In this document: positions 50,922 to 62,773 of the stretch, one piece after another
Layout of the letters: each line of letters starts with the position of its first letter
Numbering within the stretch: position 1 is the stretch's first letter
Source of the DNA: Hypanus sabinus
Taxonomy: Eukaryota
NCBI RefSeq assembly: GCF_030144855.1
Contig: NC_082732.1
Span: 18,414,001 to 18,478,000 of the forward strand
Length of the DNA: 64,000 nt
Reading direction: 5' to 3'
Notes under the pieces: model-generated
Databases searched by the model: none
What the model saw: the letters and a program-made list of their open reading frames with translations, nothing else
Told to the model about the DNA's origin: nothing
Made by a program: the position numbers and the translations under genes

Positions 50922-52147
50922 ATCTAAGGAAAATCCTGAGTAGATGTAGTTTTTAGAAAATATTTACTAACTTTTCTTCACTTAAACATTAATTTATTAG
51001 TTTTTTTTACGGGATAGCTGGATCTCCACGTCTTGATCCTACGTCATCACGTGACGTCCTTTTTGGACAAATTTAAGAGTTTTACTGGAACAAATTATTG
51101 GAATACAACTTCCACATAATTCAACATTATTTTTATTAGGTGATATTGAAGGGATAAAATCGAAATCCAAATTGAATAAATATCAGAAAGAATTCATAAA
51201 AATTGCATTGGCAGTAGTCAAAAAGGCTATTGCAGTTACTTGGAAATTGGATTCATACTTAAATATAGATTGTTGGAAGAATGAAATCTTTAGCTGCATT
51301 CCACTTGGAAAAATTACTTACAATTTAAGAAATAAATATGAAATATTTCTGAAAATTTGGTGCCCTTATTTACAAAAGATAGGATTAAATATATAGGTGC
51401 TCCAAATATAAAATTATTGGTTATCTGGGGAAAGAAATAAATATACATATTAAAGCTATTATGAACTTCATGGAGTATGTGGGGATCTTCTACCGATTTT
51501 CAGGCATTCTTTCTTTCTTTCTTTTTTCTTCTCTTTTTTTTTCTATAGGGATATGTTAGGGGGAGGGGTTAAGGGGAGGGGGGAAGGGTTGATTTTTTTT
51601 TCTTTCTGTAACCTATTTGAAAATTCAATTAAAAAATTTATAAAAAAAACCACTCTCAGACAGAAACTCATCCACCCCAAGGATCCATACCCAATCGTAA
51701 ACAGAGCAATATTGTATATGCTACCCCATGCAATGAGAACAGCACCGATCTGTATATCAGTGAGACAAAAGAACCACTTCACAAATGGATGGCCCAACAG
51801 AGGGTTAACACCTCAGGTCAAGGATCAGCTGTATCTACACCTAAAGGACAAGGGAAATGCGTTTGATGATAATGATGTGCACGTTTTGGACAGGGAGGAC
51901 AGGTAGTTTAAAAGAGGAGTTAAAGAAGCTATCTTTCTCAAACTGGAAAACCCATCCCTGATCAGAGGGCATGGGGTACTTACAATGCAGTCCTAGCATT
52001 TCTACCCCGGCATCTCCACAGCAGTTCACATCTCCACTGATGCAAAGATAAGACCAATGACCCTGCAAGTCTTAGCGATCCTCATGTAATTGCTATACCC
52101 TTAAATAACTCATAGAGTTTATAAAACAGAAAACTATCCACCCTGGA

Positions 52148-52191
52148 TCAGAACTGAAGAAGCCTCTTGGATGAGTGGTGAAACATCTTCT
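52148..52191 (+). ncRNA. Hammerhead-like motif in Penelope pLTR
   Basis: agaa-CTGAAGA-agcctcttggatgagtggt-GAAA-CATC-ttct; stem I agaa/ttct; stem II imperfect. Confidence 0.5.
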
Positions 52192-53369
52192 AGACAGCAC
52201 AGCAAGTCCAGTTGCCTTGATTTACTACTGCTTGATACTCAATGACCTGGGTGACTGAGAACCTTCATAGACATCATATTGAAGTATTTTTGTTAATATA
52301 GCTTTGGTCGTTTTCTATTACAGCTCATGCCATGTTGTGTTTACAAACATATTATCAATGAAGATTTGGCCAGTCTTATTAAACTTCTCAAAGAGTTCTG
52401 GCTTGTACTGCTCTGTGAGCCCAAGCCAATTTTATCTCATCAGTATGACTTCAGGCCAAGCTCAGAGGATAGATGGAAGAGAAGCTTTCTACAATACACA
52501 GGGGTTATGATGTAGAAGTTGGCAAAATGACATACTGTATAGAGTTTACAGAGAGGAGGAAAGCTATAGACTGCAAAAGGGCAGAGAAGAGGCAAGTAGT
52601 ATTGTGAGAGTGAAACAAAACAAGATAATTCATAATAATTGCATGGAAACCGAGAAACATACAGAAAAGTTGGGACTTGGAGTATGTCCTGATTTCACAG
52701 TAGAACAGATATGCAAGGTTTATTAGCTGAGGCATAGTAGAAAAAATAAATGAAAGTCATGGTAGAGAACCGGAGTTAATATTTCAGGTCAAAGGCTCTT
52801 TTAAAACTGAGGAGAGATACTGGGAGGGTAGAGGAGAGATGGATTGGACAATGCGAACATCTCTGATGACATGAAGCCAGGTTGAAGCAGAGGTTGTCTG
52901 GGAGATAAGTCATCTAGCGAGGGATTATTAAGGGAGAGGGAGAGAGAGAGAATGGCCCTTTTTTCATAAAAGTTGTGAAGTGAGGGCAGTTGGAGAGTAA
53001 GAGTGCAGACAAAAGTGTAAGATTTACTTGTCCTGCAGCCTACAGTTTGCTTCTACCCACAGAATGCTGTGTGCATTTCTGGCTTCATGCTGGAGGAAGG
53101 ATGAGGACACAGTTCTGTAGATATTACTGAGGATGATACTAAGGTTGGGAATGTTTCATTCCAAGGAAACAATGGCCAGATTGGGCTCCATTGAGCAGTG
53201 GAAGCAGAGGGAAGATTTATTTGACGTCTATGAAATATAAGAGTCTCAGAAAAGGTTGAAGAGGAAAAAAAGGCTTGGGGAAAAAAATGACTGATGCTAA
53301 GCTGACACTAACACCTTTTCAAAAGAAACTTCATTAAGATTAAAGAAGCTGAACATCCTTACCAGAAGT

Positions 53370-54290
53370 CAGAATTAGAATCAGGTTTAATATCACTGGC
53401 ATATGTTATGAAATTTGTCATTTTGTGGCAGCAGTACAGCACAATATATAATAATAAAAAAATTATAAAGTATAAAGTACAATTAGTATATACCGTATAT
53501 AGAATAAATAAATAAATAATGAAAAAAGAGGATTCATTGCCTATTCAGAAATCTGATGGCAGAGAAGAAGCTGTTCCTGAGATATTGAGTGTGTACCTTT
53601 ACCTCCTCCTTGATGGTAGTGATGATGGATGTCACCTTCTTGAGGCGTTACCTTTTGAAGGTGCCCTCGATGCTGGAGAGGCTAGTGCCCATGATGGACC
53701 AGGGTAGGTTTACAATTTCCTGCAGCTTTTTCTGTTGCTGTGCAATGGCATCTCCATATCAGACAGTGTGAGTGTTCCCACAGGACACCTATAGAAATTT
53801 GCAACTGTTATGGGTGACGTACCAAGTCTGCTCAAATTCCTTATGTAATATGGCTGCTGTTTTGTCTTCTTTGTAATTGCATCGGAGGTTCCCACCTGCT
53901 TCAAAAGGGTAACATGCATACTGGTGCACAGCAAGAGCAGGGTGAGATTGAATCCATTGTAGACTGTTGTGGCAATAGGCTAATTGCAGTGGGTCCAGGT
54001 CCTTGCTTCGGCAGGAGTTGATTCTAGCCACGACCAACTTCTCAAAGCTCTTCATCACAGTAGGTGCAGCTCACCCTATTCTTCTTGTGTGCTGGTATGA
54101 ATGTCACCCTTTTGAAGCATTGAAGTATTAAAGTTGCTCTTGAACAATCCTGTCAGTTGGTTGGCACTAATGTTCAGAGCCTTACCAGGTACACGTCAGG
54201 GACTGACACTTGTGAGGGCTCATCCTCTTGAAAGATGTTCCGACGTCATCCTTCGCGACAGAGACTCACAGGTGGTTGGTCTTTTTGAGG
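53370..54290 (-). mobile_element. Rex1-type LINE, decayed and internally deleted
   Basis: MKSFEKLVVARINSCRSKDLDPLQLAY; 3' tail at left. Confidence 0.75.
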
Positions 54291-55177
54291 TTGGCCTCAT
54301 CAAAACTAATGGATGAAGTATAGCACCTTTCCAAGCTAATTATTCCTCCTAACTGTGGTCAAATCTACTAGCTCTTCCTGACCACTGCTTTCTCCTGCCA
54401 TCTCTGCCACTACACATTATGACCTCGATGTGTATTCCACAAGTCTATCTAAGAAACCCATGTCATTCTATTTTTTCATTACACTGTTGTTAATGAGGTG
54501 TTGGACACGTTTCATTGTAATGCTTAATTTCCCTTCACTTTTCCTCACTCAACTTTTGTAATGTGCATGGACGTTGTTCTATTTGTTGTTCTGCCATGAG
54601 AAATGTGTGAAATTGAAATAAAACACAATTTCATAACTTTTAATTCCCATTTTTAATAAATATTAATGATTACACTCAAGAAAAAGTCTGAAGATTAATG
54701 GCTATCTATCTTAATATGTTAAAGGTAGATAATCACCATTTGTGTTCTGCTCTCCAAAGTCAGTGAATTATGTACTCTACTCAATAGGATTAGATGCCTG
54801 CTATCAGAGGGACTCCACTTTGATTAAGAAATGTTTCAACAGTGTGACTAGCTTATATATTACTGCCATGGTGTGTTTACATCAGAAATTAGACTCTGCA
54901 TTTGATTCCTGGGTGTTTTACACATTGGATGCCATACTTAATAACTAGCAGAGTAATTTCCCCAGAGGATGTATTTCCCGAGGATTGAAAGTATTTTCCA
55001 AATAAAAATGCAATCACTTGTGCTTAGAAACATATGATAAAATATTCCGGTTGTTAAGGTTGTTGTCCCCAAATGAAATGGAGTTCAGTAATAAACTAAT
55101 TTCAAGGTAGTTTCATGTTCAGCAGAATATATGTGTACGCTAGTGTGTTTTTGTTTCATTTTGTCCACATACGTGTA

Positions 55178-56787
55178 TATTGTCCCTATGCACTTCTCTT
55201 GGAGCTTTTCATATCTTTTTTACAACTTTGAATCACAGTGGATTTAATTAGGCCTTTTTGAAACTGATCAACATAAATTACATTTTTGTGTCAAAGTGAA
55301 AACAGGTCACGCCAAAGAGATCTAAATTAACTACAAATATAAAACACAATATAACCAATTGCACAAGTATTCACCTCCTTTAATATGACACACCAAGTCA
55401 TCGCTGGTGCGGCCAACTGGTTTAAGAAGTCACATAATTAGTTAAATGGGGATCAGCTTTTAGTGATCTGTGTGCGGTCAATTGTAGTAAGGTGTTTCAA
55501 TTAACTGTAGTAAAAATACACCTGTATCTGGAGGTACAACTGCTGATGAGTCAGTATCCTGGCAAAAACTACAACATGAAGACAAAAGAACACTCTAAGC
55601 AACTGCAAAAAGGTTATTAAAAAGCACAAGTCAGGAGATGGATACAAGAAAATTTACAAGTCACTGAATATCCCTTGGAGCGCAGTTAATTATCAAGAAA
55701 GAAATGGAAAGAATATGGCACAGCTGTAAATCTAACTAGAGCAGCCTGTCCTCAAAAACTGAGTGACCGTGCTAAAAAGGGACCAGTGAGGGAGGCCACC
55801 AAGAAACCTATGACAACTCTGGAGAAGTTACAAGATTCAGTGGCTGAGATGGAAGAGACTGCGCATACAACAACTGTTGCTCGGGTGCTTCACCAGTCGC
55901 AGCTTTATGGGGGAGTGACAAAGAGAAAGCTACTGTTGGGGAAAAAAAACAATTCACATGAAATCTTGGCTAAAGTTTACCAGAAGGAATGTGGGAGACT
56001 CTGATGTCCGCTGGTGCAAGGTTCTATGATCTTGAGCTTTCTGGCCATCAGACTAAACACTACATTTAGCAGAAGCCGAACACTGCACATAATCAAATAC
56101 ACATCACCCCTACCGTGAAGCATGGTGATGCCTGCATCATGCTGTGGGGGTGCTTCACTGCAGCAGGCCCTGGAAGGCTTGTGAAGGTAGAAGGTAAAAT
56201 GAATGCAGCGAAATACAGGGAAATCCTGATGCAGTCTGCAAAAGAATTGGGACTAGGGAGAAGCTTTGTTTTCCAACAAGGAAGTAACTCCAAGCATAAA
56301 TCCAAATCTACATGAGAATGGCTTAAAAACAACAAAGTTAATGTCCTGGAGTGGCCAAATCAGAGTCCAGACCACAATCCAATTGAGAATTTGTGGCTGG
56401 ACTTGAAAAGAGCTGTTCACCCACGATTCCCATGTAATTTGACAGAGTTTGAGCAGTTTTGTAAAGAAGAATGGGGAAAAATTGCAGTGTCGAGATGTGC
56501 AAAGCTGATAGATACTAATCTACACTCAAGGCTGTAATTGCTGCCAAAGATGCATCTACTAAATATTGATTTTAAGGGGATGAATAATTATATAATCAAT
56601 TATTTTGTGTTTAATAATTTTAATAAATTTTGACCGATTTGTAAAAATTTGTTTTCACTTAAGCAGAAAAGAGTCTTTTCTGTTGATCAAGTGTCAAAAA
56701 AGCCACAGTAAATCCACTGTGACTCAATGCTGTAAAACAATAAAACATGAAAACTTCCAAGGGAGTGAATAATTTTTATAGACACTG
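55178..56787 (+). mobile_element. Full-length defective Tc1 transposon, Passport-like, with long (~200 bp) inverted repeats
   Basis: ATG at 55576 MKTKEHSKQL..KSGDGYKKI; REATKKPMTTLEKLQ; TVKHGDACIMLWGCF; WPNQSPDHNPIENLW. Ends CACTG-TA at 56787; left and right ends are reverse-complementary. Confidence 0.9.
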
Positions 56788-57359
56788 TATGCCTGCATGA
56801 GAATGAATCTCAGGGTTGCATATGGTGACATATATGTACTCTGATAATAAACTTGTTTTGAACTTTGAACATATCTAGGTAAGGGATTTCAGTATTTGGA
56901 CTATGTAGGAATCTGGAATAATGGGGATTAGGCAAGAAGTTGTAGCTCGAGCCCATAAAAGTTGCATATTCAGTGCTGAACGGTAAAGTATGGTCCACTG
57001 TTGCTCCAATTTTTATGCTTAAAATTTTTACAAAGTGTCAGTACTAAACTCTTTGAAGCCAGGTACAGCGATGTCAGATGTCGGATATGAAGCTCTTTCT
57101 ACTCAGCATTAACAACATGCTTATCCCTAATGTGGAAGGCCACCTTCTTCTATTGCTTCCAGCCTCCTCAAACCCCACTTTCTCTGACATTTCTGAATTA
57201 TTCTTCCAACCTGTGAGTCTGCCCCAATCCCTCCAGAATCTGTTGGCCCGGCCATTCTCCATGGATCAGCCAAAGCAACCAGTGTCAACGTTGCTTGGTG
57301 CTCTCTCTGAACAATATTAAAACCCATGTCGTTGATACAAAGCAGAGATATTGCTACCT

Positions 57360-57640
57360 TATTATTATTGAGATACAGCGTGGAATAGGCCTTTCAGGCC
57401 CTTTGAGCCATGCTGCCCAGCATTTCCACCAGTTTAATCCAAGCTAAATCATTGGACAATTTACAATGACCAATTAACCTGCCAACGGTACGTCTTTGGG
57501 CTGTGGGAGGAAACCAGAGCACCCAGAGGGAACCCGCATGGTCATGGGAAAAGCGTACAAACTCCCTCCAGGCAGTGGCAGGAATTGAACCCTGGCCATC
57601 CGTACTGTAAAGTGTTGTGCTAACCACTACACTATCCTGC
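57360..57640 (-). mobile_element. V-SINE
   Basis: rc ATAGTGTAGTGGTTAGCACAACACTTTACAG head; GAGTTTGTACG..GGGTGCTCTGGTTTCCTCCCACAGCCCAAAGACG V-domain. Confidence 0.75.
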
Positions 57641-57854
57641 TGCCCCTCCCCACCCATGCTGGGGAATGTTTCACCTAGAAGCCTTAACTCTCCCTATAAA
57701 GAAACCTGAACTCATTGTGCAATTGACTATGCTCTTTGCAGCCCTTCAGCATCAATCTTCTGGAGTATTTGGAATTCCTAAACCATCACAAACCAGTAAC
57801 CGTTGACACATTATGCCATCCTGGTTGCTTACCCTGTTACCTCACTGAATCTTT

Positions 57855-58755
57855 TATTCATTTATTTATCGCAAGTACATTGAAACACACAGTGAAATGC
57901 ATTGTTTGTGTTAGCAACCAACAAAAGCTGAAGTTGTACTGGGGGCAGCTGCAAGCGTCGCCACAAATTCTGGCACCAACGTAGCATGCCTACTCTGTAG
58001 ATCAATGCAAGCAACAGCAACAGATAACAACAGCAAAACAATCCCCATTCCTCCCTCCCAGCCACCCACGCCCAAGCACGGACAGTCCTCCAACCCCAGT
58101 ACAGGCTATCTCTGGGCCTCCTGCCTTCAGTGGGCTCACAGACTCACTGACATTGAGCCCTTGATTTCCTCAGTAGATTCACCCACTTGCACATTCAAGG
58201 TTTTGGCCAGTAGGCCTCAAGTTCCTGATGTTCGATTGACCTTCAGGCTTTGATCTTTGGTATCAACCCCAGGGCTCACCAAAGGCAACAAATTACGACC
58301 CCAAGCTTCAAGCGCCGAAATCTGGGCTCCAATGATCGGAATCTCGAACACCAGGCCTCAAACTCCAGTCATGCCAACTTGCATACCTCAGGTTTTATGG
58401 GCCATCATACCTCCTGCTTGGACAAAACTGCAATCCTGAAACCCACTTATGATTCACTGACCTGTGGGGCCTTCAGCTCTTGTCTTCGTTGGTCTGCTGG
58501 TCCAACATCTGACCGTGGATATCTTCATTCCATGGCCATGTCGCTGACCTTCAGATGCGGAGCATGGAGCAAAGGTCTAGATTCAAACCTGAGCTCTAAC
58601 CTGTCCACATCACTGTTCTTAAACCCTAACCTGATGCTTAACTTCCCTCTCTGTCCCTCAAAACATCCCAAAGAACATTAAAAAAACAACTGAGAACCAA
58701 GTCTGAGCAAAAACGTCGAAGGAGACTGCATCTTGGCGCCATCTTGTCTGGAAGT
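57855..58755 (-). mobile_element. Non-autonomous SINE-like repeat (family of 36330-36850 and 37050-38365)
   Basis: Shared 3' segment GCATGCTACGTTGGTGCCAG..GTACTTGCGATAAATAAA. Confidence 0.55.
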
Positions 58756-59744
58756 GCCCAACTAACTGATCTGCCAAAACCATCAGCCAGCACTTCTACC
58801 CTGTATTGTAGAAACAGGAATCATTAAGCCACAATTGCACTTATTACTTAAAACCCTACTTCACGACATATTCTTTAAGGCAATATCCATTACTACAACA
58901 CCACTTAGAACCTTTAGCATCTTACAATGACTCCGCTTACTTTTCTGTTTCTTGCTTGGAACCTAGATGATAGAATTCAGTCCTCAAAAGTTTAATCTGC
59001 AGTCCACATAACAGCTTGTCCTCAAACATTGCAGGAGCAAAATGCATGTACCCCTGAATGTTATAGCCAGAGACACAGGCTTGCTACCTTTATGGTGCAA
59101 GTGAGTGCTGTTTAGCTCTGTGGTGTTGGTATGGCAACACACCATCCAAGCATATGTCTTGAGAGAAAAGCTGAAACATTCAGTATCAGAAATTATCATA
59201 TGAAATGTTAATGAAGAGCCAGCTGGAACACCTTTCCTTACAGTCATAAAACATCTAATCAGTTCAGCAACATTATCTCCCCTGGCAGATGTGCAATAGC
59301 TAGCACGTTTTCCCACCACGGTTCCTTTCAGTGGAATTTCAGTTTGATTCTCCTGCTTAAGATGGCTTAAGCCAATGGTTGTTAAATCCAAGACCAATTC
59401 TGGGCCACGGTTTTTTTTCCAGTTCTCCCTTTTATCAGTCGTGTGTTCTTAATCCCCCTCCCCGCCCTTTATTATTAAGCCGCACTTTTACTTAGTTCAG
59501 TCCCTTGGCAGCCCAGCATCCTTCCCTGTAGTCGCAAGCCTTGCTCTTCTTCTCCTGTCAACACTAGCTCCCTTCTTCTGAGGTGTAGTTGTCTGGGGAG
59601 TACAGATAAGCAAGGTCACTGTTTAATCTTCGGCTTGTGCTGGGTTATCTGTGAGCAGGAGGGTCTCCGAGTGCCTGAGCTGTGAATGGCAAGAAAAGTT
59701 CTAACTTCATTTCAGTGTTGTACAGGTTTGACCTACGACTGACT

Positions 59745-60770
59745 TTGATTCCGATTCCCCATGTTGTAATTTTTATTGCCTCAGCAGTACATTGCAATAC
59801 ATAATAATAAAAAAAATCATAAATTACAATAAGTATGTATTATATACTTATGCTTATACATATATATGTATATGAACAATTTAAATTTTAAAAGTAGTGT
59901 AAATAAAGAACTAGTGTTCATGGGTTCAATGTCAATTCAGAAATGTGATGACAGAGCGGAAGAAGCTGTTCCTGAAACGTTGAGTGTGTTTATTCTGGAT
60001 TGCGCACCTTCCCCTTGATGGATGCAATGAGAAGAGGGCATGTTCTAGGTGATGGGGGTCCTTGATGATGGATACCACCTTTCTGAGGCATGGCCTTTTG
60101 AAGATGTCCTCGATGCTGGGGAGGCCCATGCCCATGAGGGAGCTGGCTGAGTTTACAAGTTTCTGATCCTGTCCATTTGCCCCTCCGTGCCAGACTGTGA
60201 TTTAAGGAGTTAGAATGCTCTCCCTGGTACTTCTGTAGAAATCTGTCAGTGTTACTTGTAACAGACCAAGTCTCCTCAAACTGCTCATCAAGTATAGCCA
60301 CTGTTGGCCCATCTTTGTAACTGCATTAATATGTTGGGCTCAGGATTCATCTTCAGAGATGATGACACCCAGGATCTTGAAACTGTTTATCCTTTCCACT
60401 CCTGATCCCTCAATGAGGACTTTTGTGTCTTCCCTCGACTTCTCCTTCCTGAAGTCCACAATCAATTCCTCGCTCTTACTGACGCTGAGTGCAAGGTTGT
60501 GGATGCGACACCACTCAACCAGCTTGATCTATCTTGCAACTCGCCATCTGAAACTCTACCAACAATAGTTTTGTCATCAGCAAATTTATAGATGGCTTTT
60601 GATCTAAGCATAGCCACACAGTTGTAAGTGTCGAGGGAAGGGATAGGGCAGTGAGCTGAGCACATGTCCTTGAGGTGCACCATTGTTGATTGTCAGTGAG
60701 GACGATATGCTGTTTCCAACCTGCACTGACTGTGGTCTCCCAGTAAGGAAGTCATGGAGCTAGTTTCGAG
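59745..60770 (-). mobile_element. Rex1-type LINE, RT C-terminus and 3' end
   Basis: IYKFADDKTIVG; LPSIEDIFKRPCLRKVVSIIKDPHH..RFRNSFF. Confidence 0.82.
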
Positions 60771-61349
60771 GCAGATGTTTTCATTCAGTTTACTCTCAAC
60801 AGAGGCACTGCCCAGAAACGTAACGTAGCTAAAACCACATGCTAATGAGACACTGTGTTGGGAGCTATGATACTTTGTGCATGCCCGGCAGTCTATTATA
60901 TTCTATTATGCTTGTGGATCAAGGCACTATTGCCACAAATTAGATACTGTGTGAGAAAATCCACATGAACTCTTGCTGTTATGGATGGTGGAGATTCCAG
61001 AGCTGGGAGTTAGATTACAGAGAAGGTAACAATCCCATCATGAGGGAGTCAGAAAGTGATAGATTGTGGGTTGCTGTGGTCAGCTGAAGATCAGACAGAA
61101 TGTGTATGAAATACGTTCATGCTGCAGCCAGAGAAATACTTGTGGCACAGGGGAGACACAGGACCTAAGGTACTTACAGCTTCACAGTTCCTTTTGAATT
61201 ACTTGAGCATACACAAAGTATAGATAAATGAGGCATCTGGCATCTTTCCATGTCATAAACATCTATGTACAACTTTATGTCTTGCTGGCATGATATATGA
61301 ATATTAATCTAATTGTTAAGAGTTATTTTGTAAGTGCAATAGAATGAAA

Positions 61350-62130
61350 CTGCAATGGGAGATTTGGACCACACTCAGCATAATGTGTGGTTTAGGTCTC
61401 CCTGACCAAGTGAGAAAGTATGTCTGGTACAATAATGGTTTTTGGATTTGTTCTTGAAATTTGGCCATTGCCCTGTGAGGAGAGCTTGACTGTGATGGGG
61501 CTATACCTTAAAGGGCAGTTCATCTCATTGAAATATAAGGAGCACTGAGAAAGTTTGACAACCTGGGTCTCGCTTCCTCAGTCAAGAGTAGGATACTTCA
61601 TCTCGGGATAAAGGGTCAGACATTCAAGGCAGGGATGAGAAAAATGTCTTTACTCAGATGATTAGAATTCTTTGGTAGCGAGGCATCGAGGGATCCAGCA
61701 GAACAGGAGATAAGGCCAGAGATCAACCATGTGAGCAGGGCTTCTAACATATGTGTCCTATTTCTGTTCCTGTTTCTCATGTGTTTAATACCATGGTGCT
61801 TTACCTGCACAGGTAATGTGATCTCTTAGTGTATCTATTGTCAGGGCTACCTTATCTTTTAAACCACTCACTGTTATAGTTATTTGGAGTTCATTCAAAA
61901 TATATTATTAAAACTATAGGAATGTTCTATTCTCAGCTTGCTACCATGAGCGGATGTGGAGGCCAATTCATTGGGTGTATTTAAGGCAGAAATAAATAAG
62001 CCGGGGCATCAAAGGGTATGGGATGAAAGCAGGGGAGTGGGGTTGACAGGAAGAATTGGATCAGCCTGTGATTGAATGGCAGAGCAGACTCGATGAGCTG
62101 AATGGCCTACTCCTATATCTTATGGTCTTA
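61350..62130 (+). mobile_element. Degenerate CR1 3' fragments
   Basis: CR1 C-terminal motifs and 3' UTR ending TATCTTATGGTCTTAT. Confidence 0.6.
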
Positions 62131-62421
62131 TAACTGAAGGCTAGAAGCAACTGATTGAGGCTGGCTGGTTTGATGAGTAAACAAGGATTGTGGATGAGAG
62201 CTGGGTTTAAATAGGCTGCAGGTGGTGAGTTGGAAAGGAGTAATTGGTCTCTCCTGTTAGCTGGTAGAGACTAGGAGGAGCCTGGTACTAGATTCTGGAG
62301 GTGCAGGCTCAGGTAGGCCCATGGACAATGGGCTTGAGGCAAGACACATGGAAGGTAGGTATGATCCTGAGGGATAGTGGCAGCTGGAGGTGGTAAGTGA
62401 CTGGATTGATGTGATGAGTAG

Positions 62422-62773
62422 TGTAATGTATGAATCTAGTTCTTTCAGAGCAATGACTCCCCCTTAGCACTATTTACAGACTGATAACTTACTGATGCAC
62501 ATTGATCTGTTCTCTCTCTGTCTCTGTCTCTCTCACTCCCTCTGCAATGTGAATACACCAGTTAATCCCATCTTCATCACCAATTTGTGTCTGTACAACT
62601 ACAAATCAATTAAAATAAAAGCTCGCAGAGATGGATTTAACTGGTGTATCTGCATTGCAGAGGGAAAGAGAGAGAACACATCTATGTACATGTGTAGACA
62701 ACAGATCAATGTGCATAGGTAAGTGTGAGTAGTGCTAAGGGGAGTCATTGCTCTCAAAGAAATAGATCCATAC
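62422..62773. repeat. Inverted pair of Gypsy LTR copies enclosing a PBS-like motif
   Basis: Arms 62428-62573 and 62629-62773 are reverse-complementary with indels; the minus strand reads ..CAGACACA-aat-TGGTGATGAAGATGG. Confidence 0.75.

Larger units (their letters stand above)
45878..51650. mobile_element. Near full-length L1 with 5' inversion (45878-51059 minus; 51058-51650 plus)
   Basis: ORF1, ORF2 EN/RT/Cys-rich domain on minus; ORF2 C-terminus, 3' UTR and poly(A) on plus; TSD core CAC(C/T)CTCAGACA at 45866-77 and 51651-62. Confidence 0.93.
45760..52275 (+). mobile_element. Penelope-like (Poseidon-type) 3' end split by the L1 (pieces ~45760-45877 and 51663-52275)
   Basis: YVAGVLEKLRRIFNKHQIPVFFKPTNTLR|QKLIHPKD..NIVYA..LYISETK..YLHLKDKG..VHVLDREDR..RGVKEAIF (GIY-YIG), then a pLTR with a hammerhead-like motif. 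Confidence 0.88.

Noticed and set aside
57212-57307. Possible 96-nt minus-strand exon (REHQATLTLVALADPWRMAGPTDSGGIGADSQ)
   Set aside because: Weak donor site and unrecognised peptide; cannot be supported without RNA-seq or homology.
58984-59397. 137-aa ORF in unique sequence
   Set aside because: Non-ATG start, no recognisable domain or splice context.
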